Assembly (NCBI GenBank): GCA_964035545.1
Contig: OZ037767.1
Coordinates: 27,916,628-27,980,627, forward strand
Length of the DNA stretch: 64,000 nt
Reading direction: 5' to 3'
Origin: Bugula neritina
Taxonomy: Eukaryota; Animalia; Bryozoa
Part shown: in pieces, positions 44,031 through 64,000 of the stretch
Layout: every line of letters starts with the position of its first letter
How positions within the stretch are numbered: the first letter of the stretch is position 1
Made by a program: the position numbers and the translations under genes
The notes under the pieces: generated by a model
Seen by the model: the letters and a program-made list of their open reading frames with translations, nothing else
What the model was told of the DNA's origin: nothing
The model's database searches: none

Positions 44031-44310
44031 CTTTTTTATATAAAACCTGTAATTCTAATTGTAAAAGTATGAGAATGATGAGATGTTTTCACTTCCAGTT
44101 GTAGCCAAACAACGTGATTGAACGCGAAATCCGATGTATCTATAGCGACACAGGCCAATCAAACACGGCATTAAGGCCAATAGGATGATACATTGAGAAG
44201 GAACAACTCCGCAAGTTTTAATTAGTCGTCCTACAGCAATGGGGAAAAACCAAACTATTTAAATCGTCATATCTGCATATTGAACATCCTTTTAGTAATC
44301 GAGCGCCATC
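44031..44310. promoter_or_regulatory. Bidirectional DYNLT1/RPL7A promoter
   Basis: Divergent ATGs 280 bp apart. Two GGCCAAT boxes (about 44153 and 44175), X-box-like GTATCTATAGCGAC (44136-44149), and a TCT/TOP-like pyrimidine tract TCCTTTT (44287-44293) before RPL7A. Confidence 0.75.
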
Positions 44311-46635
44311 ATGGTAAGTCTACTTTATATAGCAATATATTTTTCATCTTTTACCATCTTTTCCTACCAGTGCCTTACCACATTAATTAATGCAGAATAA
44401 ACGACCAATAAATGCCTTCTCGTACACCAACTCGATTAACTAAGTTAGGCGCTAGCTACCTATTTTTGTTACAAAATTTCTAGAGAGAATGACTATGAAA
44501 ATGGACACGCACACGCATTAAAAATTTAAACGTGTGGCAGCATATAACTTGATACAGCATAACCAGAAATATCCTTAATTCATATAAATTTGAAATTCGT
44601 CGTGACTGGCGCAACTTGAACTTGGCAATGGCATTTAGCATAACACCATAGAAGTTAATAGGACTTATAGAGTTTAGCATTGTGACGATTCTTTGTAGCC
44701 AAACAAGCCGATCAAGAAGGTTAAAAAAGGTAAAAAGGTAGCACCTGCACCTTTGAGGAAAAGAGAGCCAAAGAAGCCACCACAAAATCCACTCTTCGAA
44801 AAAAGGCCTAGGAATTTTGGCATTGGTTAGTGTTATATGGTAATACCATAAAGCATATGTATTCCCGAATTAAAATTTTTGCAGGTTGGACTAAATTACA
44901 ACCAAAGTTTGCATAGTTTTAATTTTAAGCATGAGTATGTTTCAGTACAAAAGCATTCTGTAAAAGAACGCCGCTAATGCCAACCCAACCCGGCTGTTAA
45001 ATGATTGATAAAACTAAAGTAGAGACCTAAAATGGTCACTGAAGTTTACTTGATAGGAAGAGACTGACCAACAGCCATAATAAATCATTTTATTTTTTTA
45101 TGCTCTGTAATATTCCTGCTGCTTATCACACTTTGAATTTGTAGGTCAGGATATTCAACCAAAGCGAAAACTCAACAGATTTGTTAGATGGCCCAAGTAC
45201 ATTCGCTTGCAAAGACAAAAAGCAGTTCTTTTGCAAAGACTAAAAGTACCTCCACCGATCAATCAGTTTAGAACCGCTATAGATCGCCAAACAGGTACAA
45301 AGTTTTCATGCTAAGCTGTAATTGTCATACCAGGTTAATGATTATACCAAACTGTATTGAGTCCTGATTTTATACCAAGATCTCTGAATACCTGATAATT
45401 TATTCTAGTTGCAGCATATTTTCTGTTTCATTCTTCTCTTACAAAAGTATTCTGATGTTGTAGCCACCCAGCTGTTCAAACTTCTGGACAAGTACAGAGC
45501 AGAGACCAGACAGGCCAAGAAGCAGAGACTGGCAGCCAGATCCGAGGCTCGAGTGGCTGGTAAAGCTGACAAACCAACTGACCGCGTGCCTATGGTCAGG
45601 GCTGGTGTCAACACTGTAACCAAACTCGTCGAGCAGAAGAAAGCACAACTAGTTGTGATTGCTCACGATGTGGAGCCACTTGAGGTATGACCTGCTGGAT
45701 AGATGGCTGCTAACGAGTACATAGCTGAGAGCGCCCTTTACTGGGAGTTTGCTCTGTGAAGCAGGCAGTATGAGAGCATCACAGCCTAGCTGTGAGGTTT
45801 GCTCTGTGACGCTGTTATATGTAGTGTATGTGAGCTGAGAGCATCCTGATTTATAGCTCAGGAAGTTTGCTCTGTGACGCTCTCCAACTTTGCTATGAAC
45901 ATTATACCGGTATGTATACAACGGCACCACTACTTTCAGTAGAGACTCGGTGAATGCGTTCACTCTGGCTGTGATGTTTGCTAGATAGTAACAGAGACTT
46001 GGTCAAAGCTTGATAACTTTTGCAGTCTGAGCCAGTAGAGCTTCTCCTGGCAATGATTTGTAGGGATGTTGCGATGCATTATGTTAGCTGACTGTGTGTT
46101 GCAGATGGTCCTCTTCCTACCTGCCCTCTGCCGTAAGATGGGTGTTCCTTACTGTATTGCTAAAGGTAAGGCCAGATTGGGACGTGTTGTGAGACGAAAA
46201 ACTTGTGCTGCTCTGTGCATAGACAAAGTAAACCCTGAAGATAGAAGCAACTTGAGTAAACTGGTGGAAACCTGCAAGAACAACTACAATGAGCGTGGAG
46301 ATGAGGTAAAAATCCTATGTCCATGTCTGTTATTTAAATTCTACAAACTTGAGATAAGTTTTGCTAGCATGTTGCTGTGTGCCTTGGACAATGAGTGTGA
46401 ATGATGTTTTGTATACTTGCTATCCGAATACCATGTAGACAGCATACTTATGTCCTGACACACTCTGAGTATTTCAGTCTTGATAGTCCTCATCAAATAT
46501 GCCTGTCTAAAGTTGAGTAATAAGTTCATATTTTTACAGATCCGTAAACACTGGGGAGGTGGTATTCTTGGTTCCAAGAGTCAAGCAAGAATTGCCAAGT
46601 TTGAGAAAGCCAAGGCCCGAGAAATAAAATTGTAA
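44311..46635 (+). CDS. RPL7A: 60S ribosomal protein L7a (eL8, L7Ae family)
   Basis: Exons 44311-44313, 44699-44825, 45145-45294, 45464-45684, 46105-46305, 46540-46635. Motifs [51 protein letters not shown] and [17 protein letters not shown] at 46666-46671. Confidence 0.99.
44992..45076 (+). ncRNA. Box C/D snoRNA in RPL7A intron 2, guide to the 28S peptidyl-transferase region
   Basis: Terminal stem GGCTGTT/AACAGCC, box C ATGATTG (45001), box D CTGA (45064-45067). The 12-nt guide TGATAGGAAGAG is complementary to conserved 28S CUCUUCCUAUCA. Confidence 0.85.
45331..45394 (+). ncRNA. SNORD24: Box C/D snoRNA in RPL7A intron 3, U24/SNORD24-like (box D guide)
   Basis: Stem CAGGT/ACCTG, box C ATGATTA (45338), D' CTGA (45364), D CTGA (45384). 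Guide ACCAAGATCT pairs with 28S AGAUCUUGGU, and D+5 falls on the C methylated by U24. Confidence 0.85.
45724..45882 (+). promoter_or_regulatory. Three tandem kink-turn hairpins in RPL7A intron 4 (candidate cis-regulatory RNA element)
   Basis: Units 45724-45762, 45766-45814 and 45832-45882 share UGA-GAGCR-[variable stem-loop]-RGUU-UGCUC-UGU-GA. The apical stems differ in sequence but all pair. Confidence 0.8.
45965..46035 (+). ncRNA. Box C/D snoRNA in RPL7A intron 4
   Basis: Stem CTGGC/GCCAG, box C GTGATGT (45971), D' CAGA, C'-like TGATAA, D CTGA (46027). The D' guide GCTAGATAGTA is complementary to 28S UACUAUCUAGC. Confidence 0.82.
46393..46465 (+). ncRNA. Box C/D snoRNA in RPL7A intron 5 carrying a U24-type D' guide
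   Basis: Stem GAGTGTG/CACACTC, box C ATGATGT (46401), D' CCGA (46424), D CTGA (46455). Guide TTTGTATACTTGCTA has two mismatches to conserved 28S UAGCAAAUAUUCAAA. Confidence 0.8.
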
Positions 46636-48764
46636 ATTTGTTGTCTGTACCTACTAACAACATCCAATAAACTTTCCTAAAACTATACTATTTTTACTTG
46701 TCATTTACTTTATACCAGATCTCTAGCATAGATATAATTTATGAGTCTAGCTTGCAAACTTCATAATAGTCAACAGCTTCAAGTGCAATCAAGCATTTGC
46801 TTTACCTCTACTAGTCTTCCTTGCTAATGACATTTGGTTGGTAAAATTTGAGTTTCTTCAAAGTTTGTGTTTTTGTTAGGCCAAGTACTGCTCAAGGGTT
46901 GAGTAACCATCCATTGACTGTCATGCATGGGTGTCGTGGCCCATTTTCTAAGCCATTGAGCTTTTGTTCTCCGGCTTATTGGTGTTAAATTTTTTCAAGT
47001 TCTAACCTTCTATTTGGCCAGTTGCAATAAGTAGAAAAATTATACTGTCGACAGCCAACTATTGTAAATTGACGTGGTAGGTGCTCAAATACTATGTAAT
47101 ATCTAATAACTATAGTGCGACCAAATCAGGAGAGAGTAACTTCTAGTTGGGCAGCTGTTATTTTGGTGAATCTGTAAATTGATTGCATATTATCTTACCT
47201 CGAAAGAGAATTTCAAAAGCTTATTAATTCAATGCACTAACATCTAGTACATTTAGAAGGTGAAGGTGAAATTCTATGGATATCAACTCTACTTATATGC
47301 TGCACCTAGGCATGTCACTCCATAAGTTAAACAACTAATCTCTTTGACCCACAGTTAAAGCTGCCATGACCATGTCATAATTAAGTTTAGCTGCATAACT
47401 ACTAACGCAAATTGCTAAAATAAAATACAACTCAATAAGCAAAACAGTTCAGCAAACAGTGCAAGATTGAAAAGTAACAAAAAATAGCAACCTTTACTAA
47501 AGTTTTAAGTTGACTTTTATAATTTCATGACAATAACTTACAACTATAACATAGTATTGTAGAAATAAGAAACTTTTCATCTTCACTATTTTCACCATGT
47601 CTTATAATTAGATTGAAGTACACTAATATTTGAAATTCGACTGCTTATTATGGTAGTGAGATTCTGAATGTTTATCCAAATCTAATCCAACTAAACTTGA
47701 AGTAAATTAAAACTCAGGTGTGAGATGTAACTTATTATACCAACAGATAAGTAGTAGTGTCTTTACAGTCGAATGGGCAGGCAACTACAAACTACGAGTA
47801 CTAAGACTCCAAGACTGAAACTCTGTGCATACATTATGGGTGTTTTTAAATATTATGTGTATAATATGCTATGTGTATATGTTTGTTTAAAATATATGTA
47901 TAAGTAAGCATTTAATATTAGTGTGTGCACATATAACTGTTATGTGCTAGCATGTCTATATAATATATTACATGTAAGCATATATATCCAGAGCACTGCG
48001 ATATAGGCAAGGCACCAGTACACACTACACTATGCTGCTATCTTGATACTGTTAGCTTAGTAATTATCAGGTCTCTCAGACATAAGTTCCTGTTACCATG
48101 CAGGACAGCAGCTGTTGCTAGCTTCTCATGTAATTTCCAGCTCCCCAGGTGAGTCAGCATAAGATTTCCTCGTGCAGCTGCCAGCAATAAGCGTGAAAAG
48201 GCTCAGTTTCTTACAGGAGCTGTTTGATTTAAATTCTATAATCTGATAACAATGTTTTCATTGCTTAGAAAATGGATAAGCCTTTTTAAAAATTCTTTTG
48301 ATTGATTACATAAGCAATCAGTGATAAGTTTTCTTTAGCATTTCATAGTGTTTAATGAAATGTGATTAGTCTTTGTGTGTTCCGTTAGAGCATTGCATTT
48401 GATCAGTTACTCGCGGCTTTTCGGAAAGCTAACAACTTTTACCAACTTATAAGATATTAGAACGCAAAGGTGAGTTCCAAACTGAAAAAGTTGAAAAATA
48501 AATTTTGCTAAATGTTATATTAATAGAATTGTTAAAATTCAGGTAAATTTATAATCAAGCTCCGAAAGCCTGTTTGACATAAAGCCACAATAATATAGTG
48601 TAGCCTGATATAAAATACATCTTTTACCAAAACTTTTTAAAAACTTACTTACCCTTTGATGAAAATATGTAGGCTTGTACACTTAGTTTGCTGATATATA
48701 AAAGAACATTATAATTTATAACCGTTACATGAAGTAAGACGAAATTTATTATTTTTCTTGCAGC

Positions 48765-57360
<8,596 letters not shown>

Positions 57361-58510
57361 AGTTACTTACATTGTTTTTGCAGTCTTCATATAGTAAACT
57401 ACATCTGATAAATATAATTGTGTAGATTAATGACACTTTTTTGTATAGAATTATTTTAATGGAGTGATTTTACAGATTTCATCAGGCAATGAATGTGAAT
57501 TGGCTTTAGAGATGCTATTTACCTGCAATTTTTGTGTGCTGACTGCTTTTATCAGTACGGTTTTGCAACAGTATCCTTGCAATTTATTTCTAATTTAAAA
57601 ATAAACTATTAATATTGCTCGGTATTTGAGTTGGTGATTATATTGTTTGGCTCATGAAAATGTGACAGAGAAATCTTCAGCCAGACACAAGCATCGAGAT
57701 GCAGTAACTAAACAATTTATATTTCGGTGCAGTAGTGGAGAAATTTTAATAGCTTAAGTTTTTTATTTCTTTTAAATGGCTCCCAAGAAAACATAACTTC
57801 TTTTGCTATGTTTCTCAGCGGCTCTTTTCATTTCCTCCTTCACTACACCTATACCTTTTCAGTCAGTTGTTTCAATAAAAGTCGAAAGTATCTCTTACAT
57901 TGCTAGACAAAAACATACTTTTACATAAAACTGGTACCAATTCCTAATTGTTTTGTTCATAATATGTTGAAAGTTATGAAGTTGATACTTGTCAGTTGTA
58001 TTTTAATGCCCTAACTGTTTATAAAATTCACATGATATGATATATTGTGTAAAATTAGAGTTTGCCAACGCACAAGACCAGATGTAGTAAATAAAATCTC
58101 AACAGGAGTGAAACTCAAAACATTTGGTACTATGTATGCTGTATGGTGTTGTATTGTTAGAAGTCACTGAGCATGTAATATAACTTATTTGGTTTTGTTT
58201 CAAAGGATAATGTAATATTCTTTTTAACTCATATTTGATTAAAAGCTTAAACTAATTGGCTGGTAAATTCCTTTGCATTTATTTAAGCACTAGGTTTGAC
58301 ACCTGGTAGAATGTTTTTGTTTTAATGTAACAATACATTATTTTCATTTCTTGAATTTCCTTATCAACGTAGTGTTATTCACATAAACTGTAACATTAGT
58401 ACATAACTCACTTTTGCTTGCTATATCTTACCACACTGTAGAAGTACTAGATGTAAGAATCAGGTTTATGAAACTGTGCGACATATTTTTTGTGATTTCC
58501 ACCCGTTAAA

Positions 58511-61500
58511 ATGTTTAAAACTGCCAGTACCGCTCAAGAAGTGTATAAAAAGATAAAAAAGGCAGGCAGTGAAAAGGTGAAAGGAAACTTGATTCTGACC
58601 AAGCCGGAAATAAAGTTGATAAACGATGACAGAGAGCAGCAAGAAGCCCAGAACGAATATGTTATGCAGCTACTAAACTTCAGACGCAAGGTTAGTCATA
58701 TTACCACCAATCTATACACAATAAATCTAACCTGACAGATATGAACACTGAATTAGTTGGGCTTGTTACTTGCCAATATCTTCATCTTTCACTCAGTGGC
58801 CCCCTTATTATTATAACTTCTCGTTTGGGGCTTACTAAGTTTCCTTATAGCTGTGAATTACTTAGGCCTACAATATTTTTGTATGCAAGAATATCTTAGC
58901 CTCAAAGTATTGCTTTAGATTTTTCAGCTTTAGGTTTTTATGGTATTCGAGTCTGTGATGAGCACAATTAGCTTATACTGCCGAGTTACAGTTTAGTCTG
59001 TCTCTGGTATTGGCTTGGTTCTATAACAGAAATAGACGTCACTCAAGTTACATGTATTTCTTGTGCTTCTGGTACTATGGCATGGCATCAGAGGGTACAA
59101 AGCTTCTTCTGGCATTTATTAAATTAGAAGTAATTGTACTGCAACAATAGTTAAACATAAAGTGCCAAAAGTGCTTGAAACACAGTACTAAGCTTAAGCT
59201 GCATTAAAATGCTGAAATCTAAAATGCAAGCTGTGTAGTAGTCACATTATTTTGGTTTTTCTGCCATTTCCAATATCCTCCCTGCACCAGATCCCTTTCA
59301 GCATTGCATTAGTGTATGTCTTATAAGAACCGTCATATAAACTCCGAGATGAATAATTCTTTTATCAAAAATGTAGTGGTTTGCGTGAAGAGATATTTGA
59401 GCTTATCAAAACGGATAATAGTGTCTGGATAAAAGCTATTTCCTTTTACAGCTGTTCAACAAAAGGCTTTTATAAACAATATATTTTCATAGATACAATA
59501 ACATAAAGTAATTTTTTAAAACAATCAACCTAATTCAGAGCTGTAATATGTTGGTAGTGGTTTGTATATTAGTTAAAAAATTCATATCGCAAAAAATATT
59601 ATGTTGTTGAATGAGCTTTCAGTTTATAATTTACTCTGAAAAGAGTATTCTGGTATTACATCTACAAAGAGGTGCTAATACAGTGCCCCCTCCCTTCATT
59701 TTTAAATCAATTTTCTGAGCTAAATTTATTAATGATTGTAAAAAGGTGTATTATGCTGCAAGTAGCTTATATTTTATATTATCCTTTCTCTGCTATATCC
59801 CACGCCTGCACTTTGTATTGCAGCTTGCACTTTGAATTGTATATATTTAGATAAAACTATTAGAATCTAGAATAGGGAGCAGCCGTGGTCTAGGTGTTAG
59901 AGCATTTGCCTAGTAAACACGAAGGTCATGGGTTCGAGCCCTGACAAAGGCCATTGGTGATGTTAGGAAGAGCATCTAGTCATAATTGGTCCTGTGTCTC
60001 ATTTAAATAAGTCCTTAGCCCACTTTAACAAAAACCCTTTCTATCAGGGGTTTCTCACAGGGATAGTGACTATAAACTTGTGTCAGTGAGTATTAGAATC
60101 TAGATTCTAGATTCTAGAATCTAATTTTCAACTATTTATTTGAAATGATTATTAAAGCTGTTGTCGCTGAAAAATAGCTGCATGGATATATATTTTACAA
60201 ACTAGCATACCAGCGTGTATTGGCAATTTGCCATATGTAGCTTCCCACTACTAGATTTTATGTACATAAAGAACCCTTTATAGCTTGAAATCTCTTTGCT
60301 TGTAAAGTTTATACTTTATATTAAAGGGTATATCATAGCTCTCTCAGTTTAAAAAGTTTCCCATATGATAACTTTGCTAAAACCAGAGGAAGTGCTAGCA
60401 TTTTTTCTTCTCAATTTCCCAGGGCATTGACTGCTCAGAGAATAGACTAAAGTGGGTGTTGAGCCAGTATCCCAAGACAGAAAAGATGCAATCTACAATC
60501 ACTATGGTGCTGTTTGAATGTATGGTGTTGCTGGAAGTGCTACGGCTGGCTGTAAAAGCATGCGTGGAGCAGTCAGGTGCAGACCAGGTAGTGCTAACAC
60601 TGACATAAATACGTACTGGGAAATCAAACCTCACTATACGCTGCTATAAGTTAGGATACTACACAAAATTATTTACGTTGTTGTGTTGATAAATATTGCG
60701 AATGTTCAAATCGTATCAGTCCATATGCATATATACTGTATGGTTTAAAATGCTGTGACCGCTTGTAACCGATTTAAGCTTTTTATACTACAAAAGTAAA
60801 ACATGCATATTATTAGAATAGGTAATAAAGGCAAACATAGAATAATTATATAGTTTACTGTTTAGATTTGAACTCGAAGTAAATTAAGGTGTGAAATTAA
60901 TAGTTTTGGTAAGCGCTATAATTGGAGGTTGGATTTTGGCTAGCCATCTATACTATACCCCATAATAATATTAGATAAAATTTATGATAAACAAGTAAAA
61001 GATGGTGGCTGTTATTATATTTTGAAGAAGCACATGAAATGATACTTCAGAGTGCTTATCAATTTGGTTTACCTTGCAGCTAAGTATTGAGAAATCAGGC
61101 CTTGGTATGCCCGCTTTCTACACCATTCTTAAACCAAACATGAAATTGTTAAAGCTTTCATTTGACACCGAGTTAAAATGGTAAGTACTACTCATAGATT
61201 GGCTGAGCTAGTGAATGCTGACTCGTGATTGGTTGAAACGATAAATGCCAAACTAGATCTTTTGTAATTGTATCCATAACTCAACAAGGAAGTGTCATTT
61301 TTCTGCTATGTACAATAATATTTTGATTTTTCAAAAGTATGTCTGCAATTCAACACTGGAGAATAAAAAGCTATAAAACAATGTTGTCTAAAAAGAAATG
61401 CCAAGCTAAGCACATATAACCTGCTGCAGTTATGTTATTCTTGGTATTAAAAAACTTGATATTCTAAAATGTACTAAACTAAACGACAATTTTTCAAACT

Positions 61501-61818
61501 ATTTTTACATATAAATATAATTATAATAAGTTTCAGTATTAAAGTTTGAATGTTGCTTAGCATTAGACTTAGTGACTTTTGGTTATGTTTTATCAACAAT
61601 AACATTATCAATCATTTTTCTTCAAAGGGCTACAAAACTTTCCCTTTGGATTAGTGAAAGAATTGAACCTCAACCAGTATTTACTCCAAGAAAAAACAGT
61701 CGGCTCAGAAAATCAACGAGAAAGGGACGCCGACAAACAAATCAACTTTTAAGCCGTTCTACAGATTTTGGAAGTCGCAAGGAATCTGGCAAGTTGAATA
61801 ATGTAGCTCATCAGCTGA

Positions 61819-61913
<95 letters not shown>

Positions 61914-61947
61914 GTGTGTGGTGTGTGGTGTGTGGTGTGTGGTGTGT

Positions 61948-62045
<98 letters not shown>

Positions 62046-62056
62046 GTGTGTGTGTG

Positions 62057-62093
<37 letters not shown>

Positions 62094-63723
62094 GAATTTT
62101 TCTTGGGCAATGCTGAACTTCAAAACTAGTTATTAATAGAATACACTGTATTTTGAGTTATAGACTTTATTATATTATATATTATATTATATTATATTAT
62201 ATATATAACTTGCTTTTCTGACAGATTCGGTAGATGAGTACCACAAAATAATAGACAGTCACAGTGTTTCAACAGACTTGTTTGGTAAAATTAGGCCACC
62301 CAGGTTAGACGACAAGCTTCACATGCTTCTAAACCAGCTGCACACTTACCATAACCAAGGTAGGTTTCTTAGAGTAGTAATTATACAGTCTTAGAGAATA
62401 TAGAGCTTTATAAGCTTTTTAGATGCTAGCAATGATCTTTATATTATTATAAAATTAATCATCACCAAGTTTCTATGTTTCATTGTTCAAGCAATAGATA
62501 CATGATAGCCAAATAATATCTAAAGCTTCACAATGAAACCTAAATGCACATTACTAAAACCAGGGAGGGGAGAGGGCGGGTATTGATTTAATATGATTCG
62601 AGAAAAGGCGAATTTGGTTATTTGCAAAAAAAACATAAAAGATGCAACTACTATCTTACTGAGCTCTGAAACTAAAAACATGCATACTTGAGTTGTACTA
62701 TGTGAGAGAAGTGACATAATTGTCAGCTAGCTTGCTACATATATTTATATATAGTGCTCAAAGGCATTAGCGAATTACATAATGTACATGTATAAAAGTT
62801 GCATGCATTGTAATATTTAGATGAAGTAACAGAAGAGATAAGCATTTCCACGTAATATTTTTGTTTATGTCTATTCATATAGTGGCAGAGCTTCAAGAAC
62901 AAGCCCAGTTAAAAGAGAGGGAGGTAATGCTGATTCAACATGATATGCAAACTGAGAGCAAATTATTTGGAAGTAGCTAGAAGCAGCACGGAGTTGAGGG
63001 TTACTGAGTGTAGAGTTTGTGCACACCTCCAACTCTAAACTTCCAAATCCCAAACTACTGCACTCAGTGACCACCAACTAGCTACTGTTTCAAGCGAATT
63101 TCTAGTTATTCAAATTGAACATATTACTGTATATCATTATAATATAACATTGCTATGTAATTGTTATATGTCTATGTTTGTTAGAGCAGAGAGCATAGTG
63201 CAGATGTTAACAACAACTTTTCAGAAGAAAGAACTCAAAGAGGTAACACACAGGCCAGTTCCACATCAAATATTGAAAACAGCTTTTTATAGTTTCTAAT
63301 TGTAATCAGTGTCCATCACACTTCAACTTGCTATTTGAAGAGCATAAATAGGTTTAGGATAGTAGTTAGTAGTTATATCGAAGTACTAAAACTAGTTTAT
63401 TCTGTAGAAGATGTAAAAAATTAATTTTCAACTATTTTCAGAGAACATGGACCCACAAATACTGTTCAACAATGACTCGAGATACATCGTATCCGATGAT
63501 GTCCCGGACTTGTGTGAAATATCCACGGAGAATGTAAGACGAATGCTGGAAGGCCAGTCTATTGATGATTATGGGCCAGCAGCTAAGAGGCGTATAACTT
63601 CTCCCAACTCACAAGACTTGCTATGCTTAATTGTGGCTAAGATGCTGAATTCAGACGGACAATGGAAGAAATTGTTCACAAAACTAATGTATGCCGAGAA
63701 ATGTTCAGCTGTGGAAATTCTAG
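58511..63723 (+). CDS. Uncharacterised death-domain protein, paralog 2; 3' end lies beyond the window
   Basis: Exons 58511-58690, 60423-60587, 61080-61180, 61628-61788 (GC donor), 62225-62359, 62883-62923, 63185-63242, 63442-63723. Exon-by-exon similarity to paralog 1. The death domain begins LLCLIVAKMLNSDGQWKKLFTKL. Confidence 0.8.
59872..60090 (+). mobile_element. tRNA-derived SINE, full-length copy
   Basis: A box TGGTCTAGGTG, B box GGTTCGAGCCC, Meta-like core; 14-bp TSD TATTAGAATCTAGA at 59858-59871 and 60091-60104. Confidence 0.9.
61822..62088. repeat. (TG)n microsatellite with (TGTGG) interruptions
   Basis: Direct. Confidence 0.97.
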
Positions 63724-63825
63724 GTATGCATTTTCTATTCGTATATGTGATGTTATAGTGTTCTAACTACACAGTATAGCATGCAACAGAGCCCCAGGGC
63801 TATATGCTCAGATTATATAATTATA

Positions 63826-64000
<175 letters not shown>

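Noticed and set aside
45724-45882. Reading the hairpin triplet as a SECIS element, H/ACA snoRNA or hammerhead
   Set aside because: It is intronic and lacks SECIS stem length and apical AA; H and ACA boxes are not correctly placed; there is no CUGANGA/GAAA core.
59875-59950. tRNA gene (A and B boxes)
   Set aside because: No acceptor-stem closure; it continues into a SINE body bounded by TSDs.
61819-61826. AT|GTATGT as the donor of exon 4 in death-domain paralog 2
   Set aside because: It is phase 2 and puts a stop in the next exon; the phase-1 GC donor at 61789 keeps the frame and matches the paralog.
61749-62136. CVCVCV and HTHTHT ORFs resembling metal-binding proteins
   Set aside because: Translations of an intronic (TG)n tract.

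Overview
AT-rich, intron-dense animal genomic DNA, most likely an invertebrate; it is not prokaryotic, and most ORF-track entries are exon fragments or microsatellite noise. All gene models below were spliced by hand. From left to right: (1) a minus-strand gene of about 19 coding exons encoding a mostly disordered protein with a duplicated helical motif, tentatively BCL2L12/14-like and truncated at the window start; (2) a repeat-rich interval with a Dong/R4-type LINE fragment, a PIF/Harbinger MITE and tRNA-derived SINEs; (3) two convergent TMEM45 paralogs sharing an apparent gene-conversion tract; (4) DYNLT1 head-to-head with RPL7A, which hosts four intronic box C/D snoRNAs; (5) two tandem paralogs of an unrecognised protein family with a helical N-terminal domain, a disordered linker and a C-terminal death domain. 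The top candidate for a new system is in RPL7A intron 4. Three tandem hairpins with covarying stems, each carrying a canonical kink-turn and a conserved RGUU bulge, lie between the productive 5' splice site and a strong downstream 5' splice site that would add a premature stop. This suggests an L7Ae-family (eL8 or Snu13) splicing/NMD feedback switch. The second candidate is a 266-bp, highly base-paired element with an intact minimal type I hammerhead ribozyme, inserted in a (TA)n tract. rRNA target assignments rely on recalled conserved eukaryotic rRNA sequence and need checking against this species.
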